Below are positions 19,322 to 28,877 of a DNA stretch of 64,000 nucleotides, in pieces; the first letter of the stretch is position 1, and each line of letters begins with the position of its first letter. The notes under the pieces were generated by a model, which worked only from the letters and a program-made list of their open reading frames with translations, searched no databases and was not told the origin of the DNA. Both the position numbers and the translations under genes were made by a program. Source of the stretch: Trueperaceae bacterium (GTDB lineage: Bacteria; Deinococcota; Deinococci; Deinococcales; Trueperaceae); assembly GCA_965213925.1 (NCBI GenBank), contig OZ243927.1:896001-960000 (forward strand), in the 5' to 3' direction.

Positions 19322-20050
19322 ATGCCCAAGCTTTCTCCGTCCACCTTGCGCGGCTACCTCGTTCACGTCTACACCGCCTCGACGCTCATCTTCGTGACGT
19401 TAGCGGCGCAGTGGATTTTGGAGGGAACCTACCGCTGGGCGTTGGCTGCGCTCGCTGTGACCATTATCATCGACGCCACCGACGGCGCGTTAGCGCGTAA
19501 GTGGCGCGTGAAGGAGACGGCCGCGGGCATCGACGGCGAACTGCTCGACAACATCGTGGACTTCGTTTCGTACGTCGTGGTGCCGATGCTCTTTATGCTC
19601 CAAGCGCAGATGTTCATCGCGCCAATGACGCTCTGGATGGCGTTCGCGATGTTCGCGAGCGCATTTGGGTTCTCACGAACAACCGCCAAACTCGCGAATG
19701 AGGGCTTTTTCGTCGGTTTCCCGTCGTACTGGAACATCGTGATTTTCTACCTCTATTTGCTCGGCACGCCGCCGCTACTCAATACCGTCATCGTCGTGCT
19801 GCTCTCGCTCTCGGTCTTCGTGCCGCTGCGCTTTCTCTATGTGAGCCGCTTGTCCAAAGGGCGCACGTTGCACCTCGGGCTCGGGTTCATCTGGGGTGTT
19901 CTCTGCCTCGCGGCGCTCGCCATGGAAGCGAGCATGGCGCGCACGCTCATCTTGTACCTCTCGCTCGTCTACCCGCTCTACTACACGGCGCACTCGCTGC
20001 AGCTCGACTTCAAGCTGCGCCAAGAGCAGCGCGAAGCCCTCGCAGACTAA
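19322..20050 (+). CDS. CDP-alcohol phosphatidyltransferase, phosphatidylcholine-synthase-like
   Basis: VH.YTAS, DATDGALAR...DG.LLDNIVDF..Y, F.GFPSYWN. Confidence 0.85.
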   Translation: MPKLSPSTLRGYLVHVYTASTLIFVTLAAQWILEGTYRWALAALAVTIIIDATDGALARKWRVKETAAGIDGELLDNIVDFVSYVVVPMLFMLQAQMFIAPMTLWMAFAMFASAFGFSRTTAKLANEGFFVGFPSYWNIVIFYLYLLGTPPLLNTVIVVLLSLSVFVPLRFLYVSRLSKGRTLHLGLGFIWGVLCLAALAMEASMARTLILYLSLVYPLYYTAHSLQLDFKLRQEQREALAD

Positions 20051-20056
20051 CGCTGA

Positions 20057-20902
20057 CTAACGAGGTTGCTTGAGCGCGTCCTGAACGGCGTTCATCATAA
20101 CGCCGATAGGCGCGTCCTCACCCGTCCACGCTCTGAACGATTCCGCCCCCTGATAGACGAGCATCGGCACGCCGTTCTGCACCTTTAAGCCTTCGCCTTC
20201 GGCGTCTTTGAGGAGGCGCGTCTTTTCGGGACGGTAGATGAGGTCGCATACGAGCCCTTGATGAGGGAGCAGTCCGGGTGGTAGGGGAGATAGGTCGGGG
20301 TTGGTACCCTCGTGCGCCAAGCCTACCGAGGTCGTGTTGACCAGGAGGTCCGCGCCGCGCACCGCCGTATCTAAAGCGCGAAAATCCACCGCTTCGATGT
20401 CGCCGTAGTCGCCGAACTCGAGCCCCATCTCCTCCGCCTTCTCCTGCGTCCGGTTGAAAATCTGCAAGCGCTCAACGCCCGCATTAAGGAGCGCGTAGGC
20501 GGCCGCCCTGCCCGCGCCGCCCGCGCCCAGAAGCACGGCGCGCAGACCTCCGGGCTCGAGGTCCGCGTCTTCGATGAGTCCTCTCATAAAGCCCGTCGCG
20601 TCCGTGTTGTCCCCGATCAAGCGTCCGTCTCGGTTGATGATCGTGTTCACCGCGCCAATCGCCTGCGCCGCGTCCGTCAGTTCATCCATAAAGGGTAAGA
20701 CCGTAAGCTTATGCGGCACGGTGACGTTCGCGCCGTAACTCTCCTCTTTGCGCAACCTCTCCATCACTTCGGGAAGTTGCTCGGAGGTTACGTCTAATGC
20801 CTCGTACGTCGCGTTTAACTGAAGTTCGGAGAACGCGGCGTTGTGCATCGCCGGGCTGAGCGAATGTCCCGCTGGATGCGCCAAAAGGTACGCCCGCTTC
20901 AC
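20057..20902 (-). CDS. aroE: shikimate dehydrogenase
   Basis: HSLSP.MHN, G.NVTVPHK, GAVNT, NTD, GAGGAG. Confidence 0.95.
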   Translation of the reverse strand: MKRAYLLAHPAGHSLSPAMHNAAFSELQLNATYEALDVTSEQLPEVMERLRKEESYGANVTVPHKLTVLPFMDELTDAAQAIGAVNTIINRDGRLIGDNTDATGFMRGLIEDADLEPGGLRAVLLGAGGAGRAAAYALLNAGVERLQIFNRTQEKAEEMGLEFGDYGDIEAVDFRALDTAVRGADLLVNTTSVGLAHEGTNPDLSPLPPGLLPHQGLVCDLIYRPEKTRLLKDAEGEGLKVQNGVPMLVYQGAESFRAWTGEDAPIGVMMNAVQDALKQPR

Positions 20903-21966
20903 GCGGAGACTGCTCGCTGCGAAACCTCTTGAATGACCTCTTGAATAACGCTGGCAGCCCTCGTCACGTCCTCATCCGTGATGTGATAATGCGTCACTAG
21001 GCGAATCGTCGGCGCGCCGAGCGCGTTACACAGAACGCCCCTTTCCGCCATCTTTTCAGCGATAGAGGCGGCGTTGGGAACGTGAAAGTAAACCATGTTG
21101 GTCTGCACAGTGGATAAATCCAGTGTGACCTCGGGAAGTTGCACAAGCGCCTCAGCTAAACGCCTCGCCCGCGCGTGGTCCTCACTCAGTCGCCCCGTCA
21201 TCTCCTCTACCGCGACGATACCCGCCGCCGCCAACACGCCCGCTTGCCGCATCCCACCGCCCAACATCTTGCGGTAGCGGTGCGACTCTTTGATGAAGTC
21301 TTGAGAGCCTAAAAGCACCGTGCCGACGGGCGCGGCGAGCCCTTTACTCAAGCAGAGGGAAACGGAACCGAAGGGCGCGCACAGCTCAGCTAGGCTCACG
21401 TCCAGTGCCGCCGCCGCGTTCGCTGCTCGCGCGCCGTCTAGGTGAAGCGGTAAACCTTCCTCTTGTGCGAGTTGCGCAACCTCATGACAGCGCTCCAAAG
21501 GTAGAACCGTTCCGCCCGCCTTGTTGTGCGTATTCTCGAGCACGATCATCCCCGTCGGCGCTTGGTGGATGCTGCGGTGGACCGCACCTCTTATATCTTC
21601 GACTTCGGGGATGCCCAGTGGCGCAGGGACGAGGCGCGGCAGTGCGCCGCTGATGACCGCCATCGAGCCCAACTCGTACTCGTAGACGTGTGCGCCCTCC
21701 GGTGCGATGACCTCTTGCCCGCGTTTGGTGTGAACGGCGATGGCGATCTGGTTGCTCATCGTGCCTGACGGCATGAGAAGCCCCGCCTCGAAGCCCGTAC
21801 GTTCAGCCAGCACCTCTTGAAGCCGGTTGACGGTGGGGTCCTGTCCGTACACATCGTCGCCGACATGCGCGTCCATCATCGCTTGGCGCATCTTTGGGGT
21901 AGGTTGAGTAACGGTGTCGGAGCGTAAATCAATGGGTGGATTAATTGGAGAGCCAGTCGTTTGCAT
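20899..21966 (-). CDS. ltaE: low-specificity L-threonine aldolase
   Basis: [31 protein letters not shown]. Confidence 0.93.
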   Translation of the reverse strand: MQTTGSPINPPIDLRSDTVTQPTPKMRQAMMDAHVGDDVYGQDPTVNRLQEVLAERTGFEAGLLMPSGTMSNQIAIAVHTKRGQEVIAPEGAHVYEYELGSMAVISGALPRLVPAPLGIPEVEDIRGAVHRSIHQAPTGMIVLENTHNKAGGTVLPLERCHEVAQLAQEEGLPLHLDGARAANAAAALDVSLAELCAPFGSVSLCLSKGLAAPVGTVLLGSQDFIKESHRYRKMLGGGMRQAGVLAAAGIVAVEEMTGRLSEDHARARRLAEALVQLPEVTLDLSTVQTNMVYFHVPNAASIAEKMAERGVLCNALGAPTIRLVTHYHITDEDVTRAASVIQEVIQEVSQRAVSA

Positions 21967-22001
21967 GGGTCATTCTACCTATGCGCTCCATGTTGGGGTT
22001 G

Positions 22002-22544
22002 TTAGACGCGCTCGAGCCCCACGTGCGGCTCAGCCGGAAGCTCCACCCGAATCGCGTCATCAACCCTAATCTCGCCGCCTGCAAGCACCACGCTCATCAC
22101 GCCTGCCTTGCGAATCAGGTTGCCTTCTTCGTCGTAGCCAAGCACCGCTTTCATCAGCCCGTTCTGAAACCTATCGAGTTGGGCACAGGGGTTGCGCAAG
22201 CCGGTTAGCTCGAGCACCACCTCTCGACCCACGTAGAGCTTTGTCCCTCTCGGCAAACCGAGCAAGTCAACGTCCCGCGTCGTGATATTCTCGCCCATGT
22301 CGCCCGCCGACACCTCGAAACCTTTCACGCGCAGCTCGTCGTGAAGTTCCGCGTGGATGAGGTGGATTTGTCGCAGATTGGGCTGGGTCGGGTCGGCGGC
22401 GACTCTCGAGCGGTGCTTGACCCTCTCGCCCATGTGCGCGTCGCCTTCGACGCCTAGACCCTTCAAGAGTCGGATGCTCGTTTGGTTGGTTTTGCTGAAG
22501 GTATGCGCTTTGCTGCGGCTGACGGCGGTGACTTTGGTGTTCAT
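22002..22544 (-). CDS. MOSC domain protein
   Basis: G.EGDAH, GENITT, RNPC. Confidence 0.88.
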   Translation of the reverse strand: MNTKVTAVSRSKAHTFSKTNQTSIRLLKGLGVEGDAHMGERVKHRSRVAADPTQPNLRQIHLIHAELHDELRVKGFEVSAGDMGENITTRDVDLLGLPRGTKLYVGREVVLELTGLRNPCAQLDRFQNGLMKAVLGYDEEGNLIRKAGVMSVVLAGGEIRVDDAIRVELPAEPHVGLERV

Positions 22545-22556
22545 ACTCGCGCCTCT

Positions 22557-23031
22557 CTAAAAGAGCGTTTCGTCCTCTTGTCGTATCTTAAAAAGCGCTT
22601 TCGGATAACGGTTTAGAAGGGGCGAATCAGGGAAATCTTCGGGGATGCGCGTAGCAAAGCTCTAAGGATTCTCCGTCCAGCCCATTTAGGGTGCCACCTA
22701 TTACTTTACATAGAAAAGCGACGGTTGTGACCTCGAGCCTGTCTCCATTCGGGTAAATATGACGATGATTCGCACCGCCGAAGACACCCGCTACCTTTTC
22801 GGGCACAACGTGAAGCCCAGTCTCTTCGTACGCTTCGCGCACAACTGCTTCTGCGGGCGTTTCGCCGGGGTCAATCGCGCCACCAGGTGCACACCAAGTA
22901 CCGTCGTCACGCCTTTTTTGCAAAAGAATACGCCCCTCATCATCGCGAATAATCGCCATCACGCCAGGATTGAGAATTAGCTCATGCCCAATGGCGGCGC
23001 GTATCCTTTTGAGGTAGTCAGAAATCGGCAC
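22557..23031 (-). CDS. NUDIX hydrolase; apparent one-base frameshift near 22642
   Basis: Nudix box GG.IDPGET..EAVVREAYEETG; removing one C in the C4 run gives HPEDFPDSPLLNRYPKALF...* ending at 22557. Confidence 0.8.
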
Positions 23032-23065
23032 CTAAACACGCTATCACGAGGTGCTCGTCGCAGGT

Positions 23066-23084
23066 GTAATTACGCTATAATTAC
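23066..23084 (+). promoter_or_regulatory. -10 box overlapped by repeated GTAATTAC/ATAATTAC palindromes (probable MazEF operator)
   Basis: GTAATTACgctATAATTAC; TATAAT lies 6 nt before the ATG at 23088. Confidence 0.5.
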
Positions 23085-23087
23085 TTT

Positions 23088-23351
23088 ATGGCAGAACTCA
23101 TCCAAATTGGCAACTCCAAAGGCGTACGCATCCCCAAAGTGCTGATCGAGCAGGCGGGGCTCGAGGGGCGCGTGCTCGAACTTAAAGTCGTGCGGGAGGG
23201 ACTACTCATCCAACCCGTCAGGCAACCCCGTCAGGGTTGGGACGAGGCGGTCAAGGCTGCCGTAGCGCGCGGCGAAGTTAACTACGACCAAGCGTGGTTG
23301 GAGGCAAACTTAGACAGAGGTCTCGAAGAGGTAGAAAGCTCCCAAGATTAA
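23088..23351 (+). CDS. mazE: AbrB/MazE antitoxin
   Basis: IGNSKGVRIPK; upstream of the toxin. Confidence 0.88.
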   Translation: MAELIQIGNSKGVRIPKVLIEQAGLEGRVLELKVVREGLLIQPVRQPRQGWDEAVKAAVARGEVNYDQAWLEANLDRGLEEVESSQD

Positions 23352-23372
23352 AAATACTTGAGGTCAGTAGTT

Positions 23373-23693
23373 ATGGACGTTCGCCGCTTCGACGTGTACC
23401 GCGTCAACTTAGAGCCCGCTAAGGGCAGCGAGACGAATAAACTCCGCCTTTGCGTGGTCGTGTCCCCTGACGAACTCAACCACTTAGCAACCGTCATCGT
23501 CGCTCCTCTAACGAGCCATAGCTTTGCCCTTCCGAGCCGCGTCCCCTGCGCGTTCATGGGCAAGCAGGGTTTAATCCTGCTTGATCATCTACGCGCCGTG
23601 GACAAGATGAGGCTGACGGAGCGTGTCGGCACGCTCGAGCTAGAGAGTCAACGAGAGGTTTGCGAGGTCTTGCAGGAGATGTTTGCGTACTAA
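23373..23693 (+). CDS. mazF: PemK/MazF toxin
   Basis: V.LEP.KGSE..K.R..VVVSP, VAPLTS, VDK.RL. Confidence 0.9.
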   Translation: MDVRRFDVYRVNLEPAKGSETNKLRLCVVVSPDELNHLATVIVAPLTSHSFALPSRVPCAFMGKQGLILLDHLRAVDKMRLTERVGTLELESQREVCEVLQEMFAY

Positions 23694-23729
23694 GCTTGAG
23701 CCGCGTTTACGGTAGGTTTGGCACCTACT

Positions 23730-24692
23730 TTACGCGCCGACTAGAGACTCTTGCTCGCTCACGTACCACTCCCAAAAGCGCTCAACGCCCTCTTGCACCG
23801 AAACGGTGGGGTTAAAACCTAAAAGCTCCCTCGCCTTACTCGTGTCGGCGTAGGTGACGTAGACATCGGCGGGCAGTTTGGGCTGCGGATTGAGGTTGGC
23901 TTTCTTGCCCGCAATGCGTTCCATTGTCTCGATGAAGTCCGCGAGCGGCAGCGGCTCGCCGCGCCCCAAATTGATGATTTCGTACCCGAGCGGCGTGTCA
24001 ATCGCGGCGACGAGCCCTTTGGCGATGTCCTCGACGAAGGTCCAGTCGCGGCGCATGTCGCCCTCGTAAAGAGGGATTTGCTTGCCCTTGTAGATGCTCT
24101 CCGCCAAGAGGTAGGGCATCATGTCGGGGCGTCCATTGGGACCGTACACGGTGAAAAAGCGCGTCGCGGTGAAGTTCAGATTGTAGAGCGTGTGATAGGT
24201 GTAGCCTAGGAGTTCGGCGGCGCGTTTGGCGGCGGCGTAGGGCTGTGGGGGTTTTAAGCAGGGGTCCGTTTCGACGAAGGGAATCGTCTCAGTGCTGCCG
24301 TAAATTGAAGAGGTCGAGGCGAACACGAAGTTGCCCACGCCCGTCTCTAACGCCGCGTCCATGAGGTGCTGCGTCCCGTTAAGGTTGACCTCCATGTACA
24401 GCGCGGGATTCTGGACCGAGTTGCGCACGCCCGCCATCGCCGCGATGTTCGCCACCACGTCGAAGTTCTCATCCCTAAAGAGGTCGAAGACCTCGTCGCG
24501 GTTGCGAATATCGCCCTCGACCATCCTGAAGGTGTCGTACTGAGCTAACCGTTTTGCGTTAGCACGCTTTTTCGCGGGGTCGTAGTAGTCGTTGAAGTTG
24601 TCCAAGCCGACGACGGTGTCGCCGCGTTCAAGTAGCATCTGCGCGGTGTGGCTGCCGATAAAACCGGCTGCGCCTGTAACGAGTATTTTCAC
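23730..24692 (-). CDS. NAD-dependent nucleotide-sugar epimerase (UDP-glucuronate 4-epimerase-like)
   Basis: TGAAGFIG, AGVR.S, YAAAK, RFFTVYGP.GRPDM. Confidence 0.9.
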   Translation of the reverse strand: MKILVTGAAGFIGSHTAQMLLERGDTVVGLDNFNDYYDPAKKRANAKRLAQYDTFRMVEGDIRNRDEVFDLFRDENFDVVANIAAMAGVRNSVQNPALYMEVNLNGTQHLMDAALETGVGNFVFASTSSIYGSTETIPFVETDPCLKPPQPYAAAKRAAELLGYTYHTLYNLNFTATRFFTVYGPNGRPDMMPYLLAESIYKGKQIPLYEGDMRRDWTFVEDIAKGLVAAIDTPLGYEIINLGRGEPLPLADFIETMERIAGKKANLNPQPKLPADVYVTYADTSKARELLGFNPTVSVQEGVERFWEWYVSEQESLVGA

Positions 24693-24853
24693 AGTGTGGC
24701 TCCTAAATCAAGGTTGCTGAATTTCCATGAGTCACCTAAGAAGGTAACTCGCTCGTGCTCGAGCCTACCTGAAATTCACATGAAGCGATATGAACAATGT
24801 GGCTTTTCTCGCGTGAAAGCCAGTTAGCCTGTCAGGGTTTCGGTTTTTCCTGA

Positions 24854-26200
24854 TTAGCTGACGAGCTGAGATTCTGAAGTGCTGTAGCGGATGGACTCGA
24901 GCCACCCTCCAAAATCTTCGATGCCACGTTTATACGTCCTCATACGCCTGTCTTTCTTCCCTTCACCTCTTTGCTTGGGAAGCGTCGGCACGAGCCCCCA
25001 GTTCGCGTTCATGGGCTGGAAGTTGTCGGGGTTCGCTGAGGCTAAAAAGCGCACTAAGCCGCCCAGCATCGAGGTTTCGGGGGGAAGCAGCGGGTCTTGT
25101 CCCAGCACTTGCCGCGCCGCGTTCGTTCCGGCTAACCAGCCCGTAGCAGAGGACTCCAAATAGCCTTCCGTTCCCGCTAAGACGCCTGCCACGAAGAGGT
25201 GGGGGTGCGCTTTTAAGCTGAGGGTGCTCGAGAGGAGTCTAGGCGCGTTGAGATACGTGTTGCGGTGCATCACGCCGTAGCGTACGACTTCGGCGTTCTC
25301 TAATCCAGGAATGAGTCGCAAGACCTCTTTTTGGTCGCCCCATTTCAAACCTGTTTGAAACCCCACGAGGCTCCACATCTGTCCGCGCACATCCTCTTGG
25401 CGGAGCTGCGCCACGGCGTAAAACCTCTTGCCCGTTTCAGGGTGCTCCAAGCCAACGGGCTTCATCGGTCCAAATCTTGGCGTATCGTAGCCGCGCCGCG
25501 CAATCTCTTCGATGGGCATACAGCCTTCGAAAAACTCCAAGGTCTCCCAGTCGTGCGGGGTGTGCTTGCGGGCGTTGGCGAGCGCGCCAAACCAGCGGTC
25601 GTACTGTTCTTTGTCGAAAGGCAGGTTGAGGTAATCCGCGCCCTGATCGTAACGCCCTTTGCGGTAGGCGATGTTCATGTCGATGGAGTCCACGTCGATC
25701 ACGGGGGCGGCGGCGTCGTAGAAGCCTAAGAAGTCTTCGCCCACCGTCCGGCGGATATCCTCGGCGAGCGCGTCCGAGGTGAGCGGACCCGAGGCGATGA
25801 CGACGGTGCCGTCAGGAATGACGGCGAGTTCCTCGTCGTGAACCGTGATGTTCGGATGGTTGCGGAGCGTACTCGTGACCTTTTCACCAAAGGCGTCGCG
25901 GTCTACAGCTAACGCGCCGCCCGCAGGAACTCTCGCTTCGTGTGCGGCGCGCATCACCAAGCCTTCCGCCGCTAACATCTCCGCTTGCAGCAGTCCTTTG
26001 GCGTTGGTCTGCCCCTCGCCGCCGAACGAGTTCGAGCAGACGAGTTCGGCGAAGCTGCCCGTGCGGTGCGCGGGGGTCATCTTTTTGGGGCGCATCTCGA
26101 ACAGGTCAACCTGGACGCCTAAGTTCGCCGCCGCTAGCGCCGCGTCGCTGCCCGCCATGCCCGCGCCTATGACGGTGATTCGTTCTTCTGGATTTGCCAT
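24854..26200 (-). CDS. trmFO: folate/FAD-dependent tRNA m5U54 methyltransferase
   Basis: AELVCSNS, FYDAAAP, FEGCMPIE, GPMKPVGL, RYGVMHRNT. Confidence 0.96.
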   Translation of the reverse strand: MANPEERITVIGAGMAGSDAALAAANLGVQVDLFEMRPKKMTPAHRTGSFAELVCSNSFGGEGQTNAKGLLQAEMLAAEGLVMRAAHEARVPAGGALAVDRDAFGEKVTSTLRNHPNITVHDEELAVIPDGTVVIASGPLTSDALAEDIRRTVGEDFLGFYDAAAPVIDVDSIDMNIAYRKGRYDQGADYLNLPFDKEQYDRWFGALANARKHTPHDWETLEFFEGCMPIEEIARRGYDTPRFGPMKPVGLEHPETGKRFYAVAQLRQEDVRGQMWSLVGFQTGLKWGDQKEVLRLIPGLENAEVVRYGVMHRNTYLNAPRLLSSTLSLKAHPHLFVAGVLAGTEGYLESSATGWLAGTNAARQVLGQDPLLPPETSMLGGLVRFLASANPDNFQPMNANWGLVPTLPKQRGEGKKDRRMRTYKRGIEDFGGWLESIRYSTSESQLVS

Positions 26201-26509
26201 CTCTATCGTCACCACTTTCGACTGCTTTACGCCTATATTCAGCTATGGACGTGCAACTAATAGTATTGGGCACCTTGACCGCGCCGTTTAGAGCAGTTTA
26301 GCAAGCAAACCTCGATACGCCTGACAGCTAGGGAGTGATAGGAAGCAAAACCCCCTCGAGTCGCTTCTTACTCGAGGAGGGTTCGCTCAGGGTAAATGTC
26401 GTACTCGGACGTACGCACACAGTATCTCCCCTACAACGTGAAAGAGGATGACGCTAAGGTGAAGCTCATGAGAGAATGAGTTTAGCGTTCAGGTCGCTCG
26501 AGTTGCGCT

Positions 26510-27580
26510 CTAATGAGTTTTTGGTGAGGTGAGGTTGAGCGTGCTATTCGGCTTTAAGTCCATCATCGCCACCACGACGAGGTGCGGTTTCGTCAGTGCG
26601 CTGATCAAGATGAGGTAGAGCGCGACGAAGCCCTCTAAGGAAACGATTCTCGCCGCGTTGAAGAGGTAAAACCCGCTCAGCAAGCAGAGCGCGGCGAAGG
26701 TGACGGGCAAGAGGTCTAAGGTGAGCCGCCTGATAGGGGGATACAGGTGCCCCTGGGCAACTTGCGCTGCGTCCCTCGGGTGCAAGATGAGAAGACGCCC
26801 TAAATGCCTCAGCGAGTGCCAGAAGAGGAAGTAGACGCCGACGGACATGTAGGCGGGTACGAGCGTGAAAAGCAGGATGAGAAGGAGAACCTCCGCCGCG
26901 TCTACCGTGAGCACGAGGGTGTTCGGCGCGGCGCGAACGGCGTTAAAAGCGTAGGCGATTAGCCCAACTGTGAGCATGAGAACGAGGGGAACGACGAGCC
27001 AAGGTGACGTAAGCGTGAGCGTCGTGTCAGCCAGCCCGAGCCCCGTGGCGGCGTGGCGGTAGAGGCTTTCGGCGGTTTCGGGAAAGGCTAAAACGGGCAG
27101 CACGATAGGCAAGCTGCCCCGCACCAAAAGCGTCACCCAAGCGCCCCAGCGCGTCGGACGCTGTCTCCCTAAGAAAATCTCTAAAAAGCGCTGATCGCCC
27201 TGACCCCAGTGCCACACCGTCGCGGCTAAAAACCCGATGAACGCCGCCGCCGGGCTCCACAGCCAGAGTCCTAAGTAGAGCGCCGCAACCATGACGTAAG
27301 CGAGCAGATAGAGGGCGACGCCCAAGGGTTTACGTCCCCAAGAGAGCCCGAGCCGCGCCGGTACGAGGTGATCGAGTGCGCCGTGCGGCAGACCTAAAAG
27401 TACGATACCTAATAGGAGCGGGTAGAGCGCATAAGCGTCTATGAGGGTAGGGGCGGTGAGCTGTAGACCTAGGGTGAGCAAAACCAAAGAGGTTGGTATA
27501 AACGTGAGAAAGGGCGCGAGCCGCTCCGCTGCTGTGGCGCGGCGCGCTCCTCGAGCGACCGTAGGGCTAAATCTGAGCAT
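26510..27580 (-). CDS. blh: Brp/Blh beta-carotene 15,15'-dioxygenase
   Basis: Multi-TM protein with four His motifs GLPHGALDH, WHWGQGD, FWHSLRH, LTKPH. Confidence 0.88.
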   Translation of the reverse strand: MLRFSPTVARGARRATAAERLAPFLTFIPTSLVLLTLGLQLTAPTLIDAYALYPLLLGIVLLGLPHGALDHLVPARLGLSWGRKPLGVALYLLAYVMVAALYLGLWLWSPAAAFIGFLAATVWHWGQGDQRFLEIFLGRQRPTRWGAWVTLLVRGSLPIVLPVLAFPETAESLYRHAATGLGLADTTLTLTSPWLVVPLVLMLTVGLIAYAFNAVRAAPNTLVLTVDAAEVLLLILLFTLVPAYMSVGVYFLFWHSLRHLGRLLILHPRDAAQVAQGHLYPPIRRLTLDLLPVTFAALCLLSGFYLFNAARIVSLEGFVALYLILISALTKPHLVVVAMMDLKPNSTLNLTSPKTH

Positions 27581-27728
27581 TTACGGAAGTCTACTGCACA
27601 GACGCTAAAGTGCGAAAGCCTTTTTCCCACACTTTGCGGCGCATTCCAAGTGCGCGGCGGGTAATGAAGCTGGCAATAAAGCCGAACAAAAGGCGAAGAT
27701 GCTGAAGCGGAAGAGGAGCCTCATGAAA

Positions 27729-28286
27729 TTATCTTAGCGGGAAGTAGAGCTTGAGGGTATGGGGCTCAAGATACCGCGTCAGCGCGTAGCCAAAGAGCCC
27801 GGCACTCGCCGCTAAAGAGAGCCAAAAGAGCCAAGCGTTCAATATGCCAATGTCTGCCATCCCAATCGGCAAGAGGTCATAGTCTATCGCTGCGATATCG
27901 TTGGTTAGACGACTTAACGGGAAGTGCCAGTAGAGAAACCCTAAAATCAAAGGCAGAGCCGCGTTAAGCAGCGGCTCTCGCCAAATCGCAAGCGGAACTG
28001 CGATGAGAGCAAGCACACCGAGAAAGAGGTTGAGGGTCACAAACGTAGAAAGCGCCTCAGTAATCTGAGGTGCGTATTCCACCAAAACGGGCTGCGCGTC
28101 GTTTTTTAGGCTGCTCCGCGTCCAACCTACATGAAGTCCCCAGGGATAAAAAGCGAACGGCGTAAAGATAGAAAGGACGAGCCGCCAGCCACCCGTGGAC
28201 TTCATTAGACTGCCCGAAGCAAAACCTAACAGCAGGGTGATGAAAGGAAAAATCAGAGTCATGAAAAGAGGAAACATACCAGTCAT
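27729..28286 (-). CDS. hypothetical membrane protein
   Basis: Hydrophobic 185-aa ORF, about 5 TM segments. Confidence 0.6.
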   Translation of the reverse strand: MTGMFPLFMTLIFPFITLLLGFASGSLMKSTGGWRLVLSIFTPFAFYPWGLHVGWTRSSLKNDAQPVLVEYAPQITEALSTFVTLNLFLGVLALIAVPLAIWREPLLNAALPLILGFLYWHFPLSRLTNDIAAIDYDLLPIGMADIGILNAWLFWLSLAASAGLFGYALTRYLEPHTLKLYFPLR

Positions 28287-28349
28287 CCACGAAATATTTT
28301 AAGCCAAAAATGGGTTTGTGACGGTCCTCTTATCACCTAGACTCGAGGC

Positions 28350-28877
28350 TCAACCTCTCGCCGCAATTCGGTTGTCATGATCTTTCATAAGTTTTAGCAG
28401 ACTAGGGAGTGTATAGGCGAGAAGGCAAATGCTCACCAATAAATTTCCAAGAAAGAGGGCAAGATTGTGTCCGTTGTCGTCGAGCCAAATTCTTGCCACC
28501 GGAGACTGAACTGCGTCCGCAAACGGATTGTAGGAAACATTTTGATAAAGACCGAGTAGGAGAAAAGGCAACATCGGCGCGAGAAAGGGCGTACGCCAGG
28601 TCAGAAGTAGTGCGGCGATGTAAAACGTTCCCGCAAGCAGGTAGCTCGTCCACTCAAGGCGTTGGGTCGCTTCTTCGACTAAGATATGAGCCTCATGCGT
28701 GCCAGTCCAAGACTTTACGCCGCTGAACCGTTCGACATGTCCATAAAAAGGCACGAATAAAAGAAGCAAGAGAAAAGGTAGAAGGAGCCGCTGAAAGCGC
28801 TTTCCTAACATGAAAAGTCCAGTCAGAGTAATCCCGAAAGCAGCGAGACGAGAAAATAGCCAAAGAAGCACGTCCAT
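28350..28877 (-). CDS. hypothetical membrane protein
   Basis: Hydrophobic 175-aa ORF, translationally coupled to recG (TGATG). Confidence 0.65.
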   Translation of the reverse strand: MDVLLWLFSRLAAFGITLTGLFMLGKRFQRLLLPFLLLLLFVPFYGHVERFSGVKSWTGTHEAHILVEEATQRLEWTSYLLAGTFYIAALLLTWRTPFLAPMLPFLLLGLYQNVSYNPFADAVQSPVARIWLDDNGHNLALFLGNLLVSICLLAYTLPSLLKLMKDHDNRIAARG

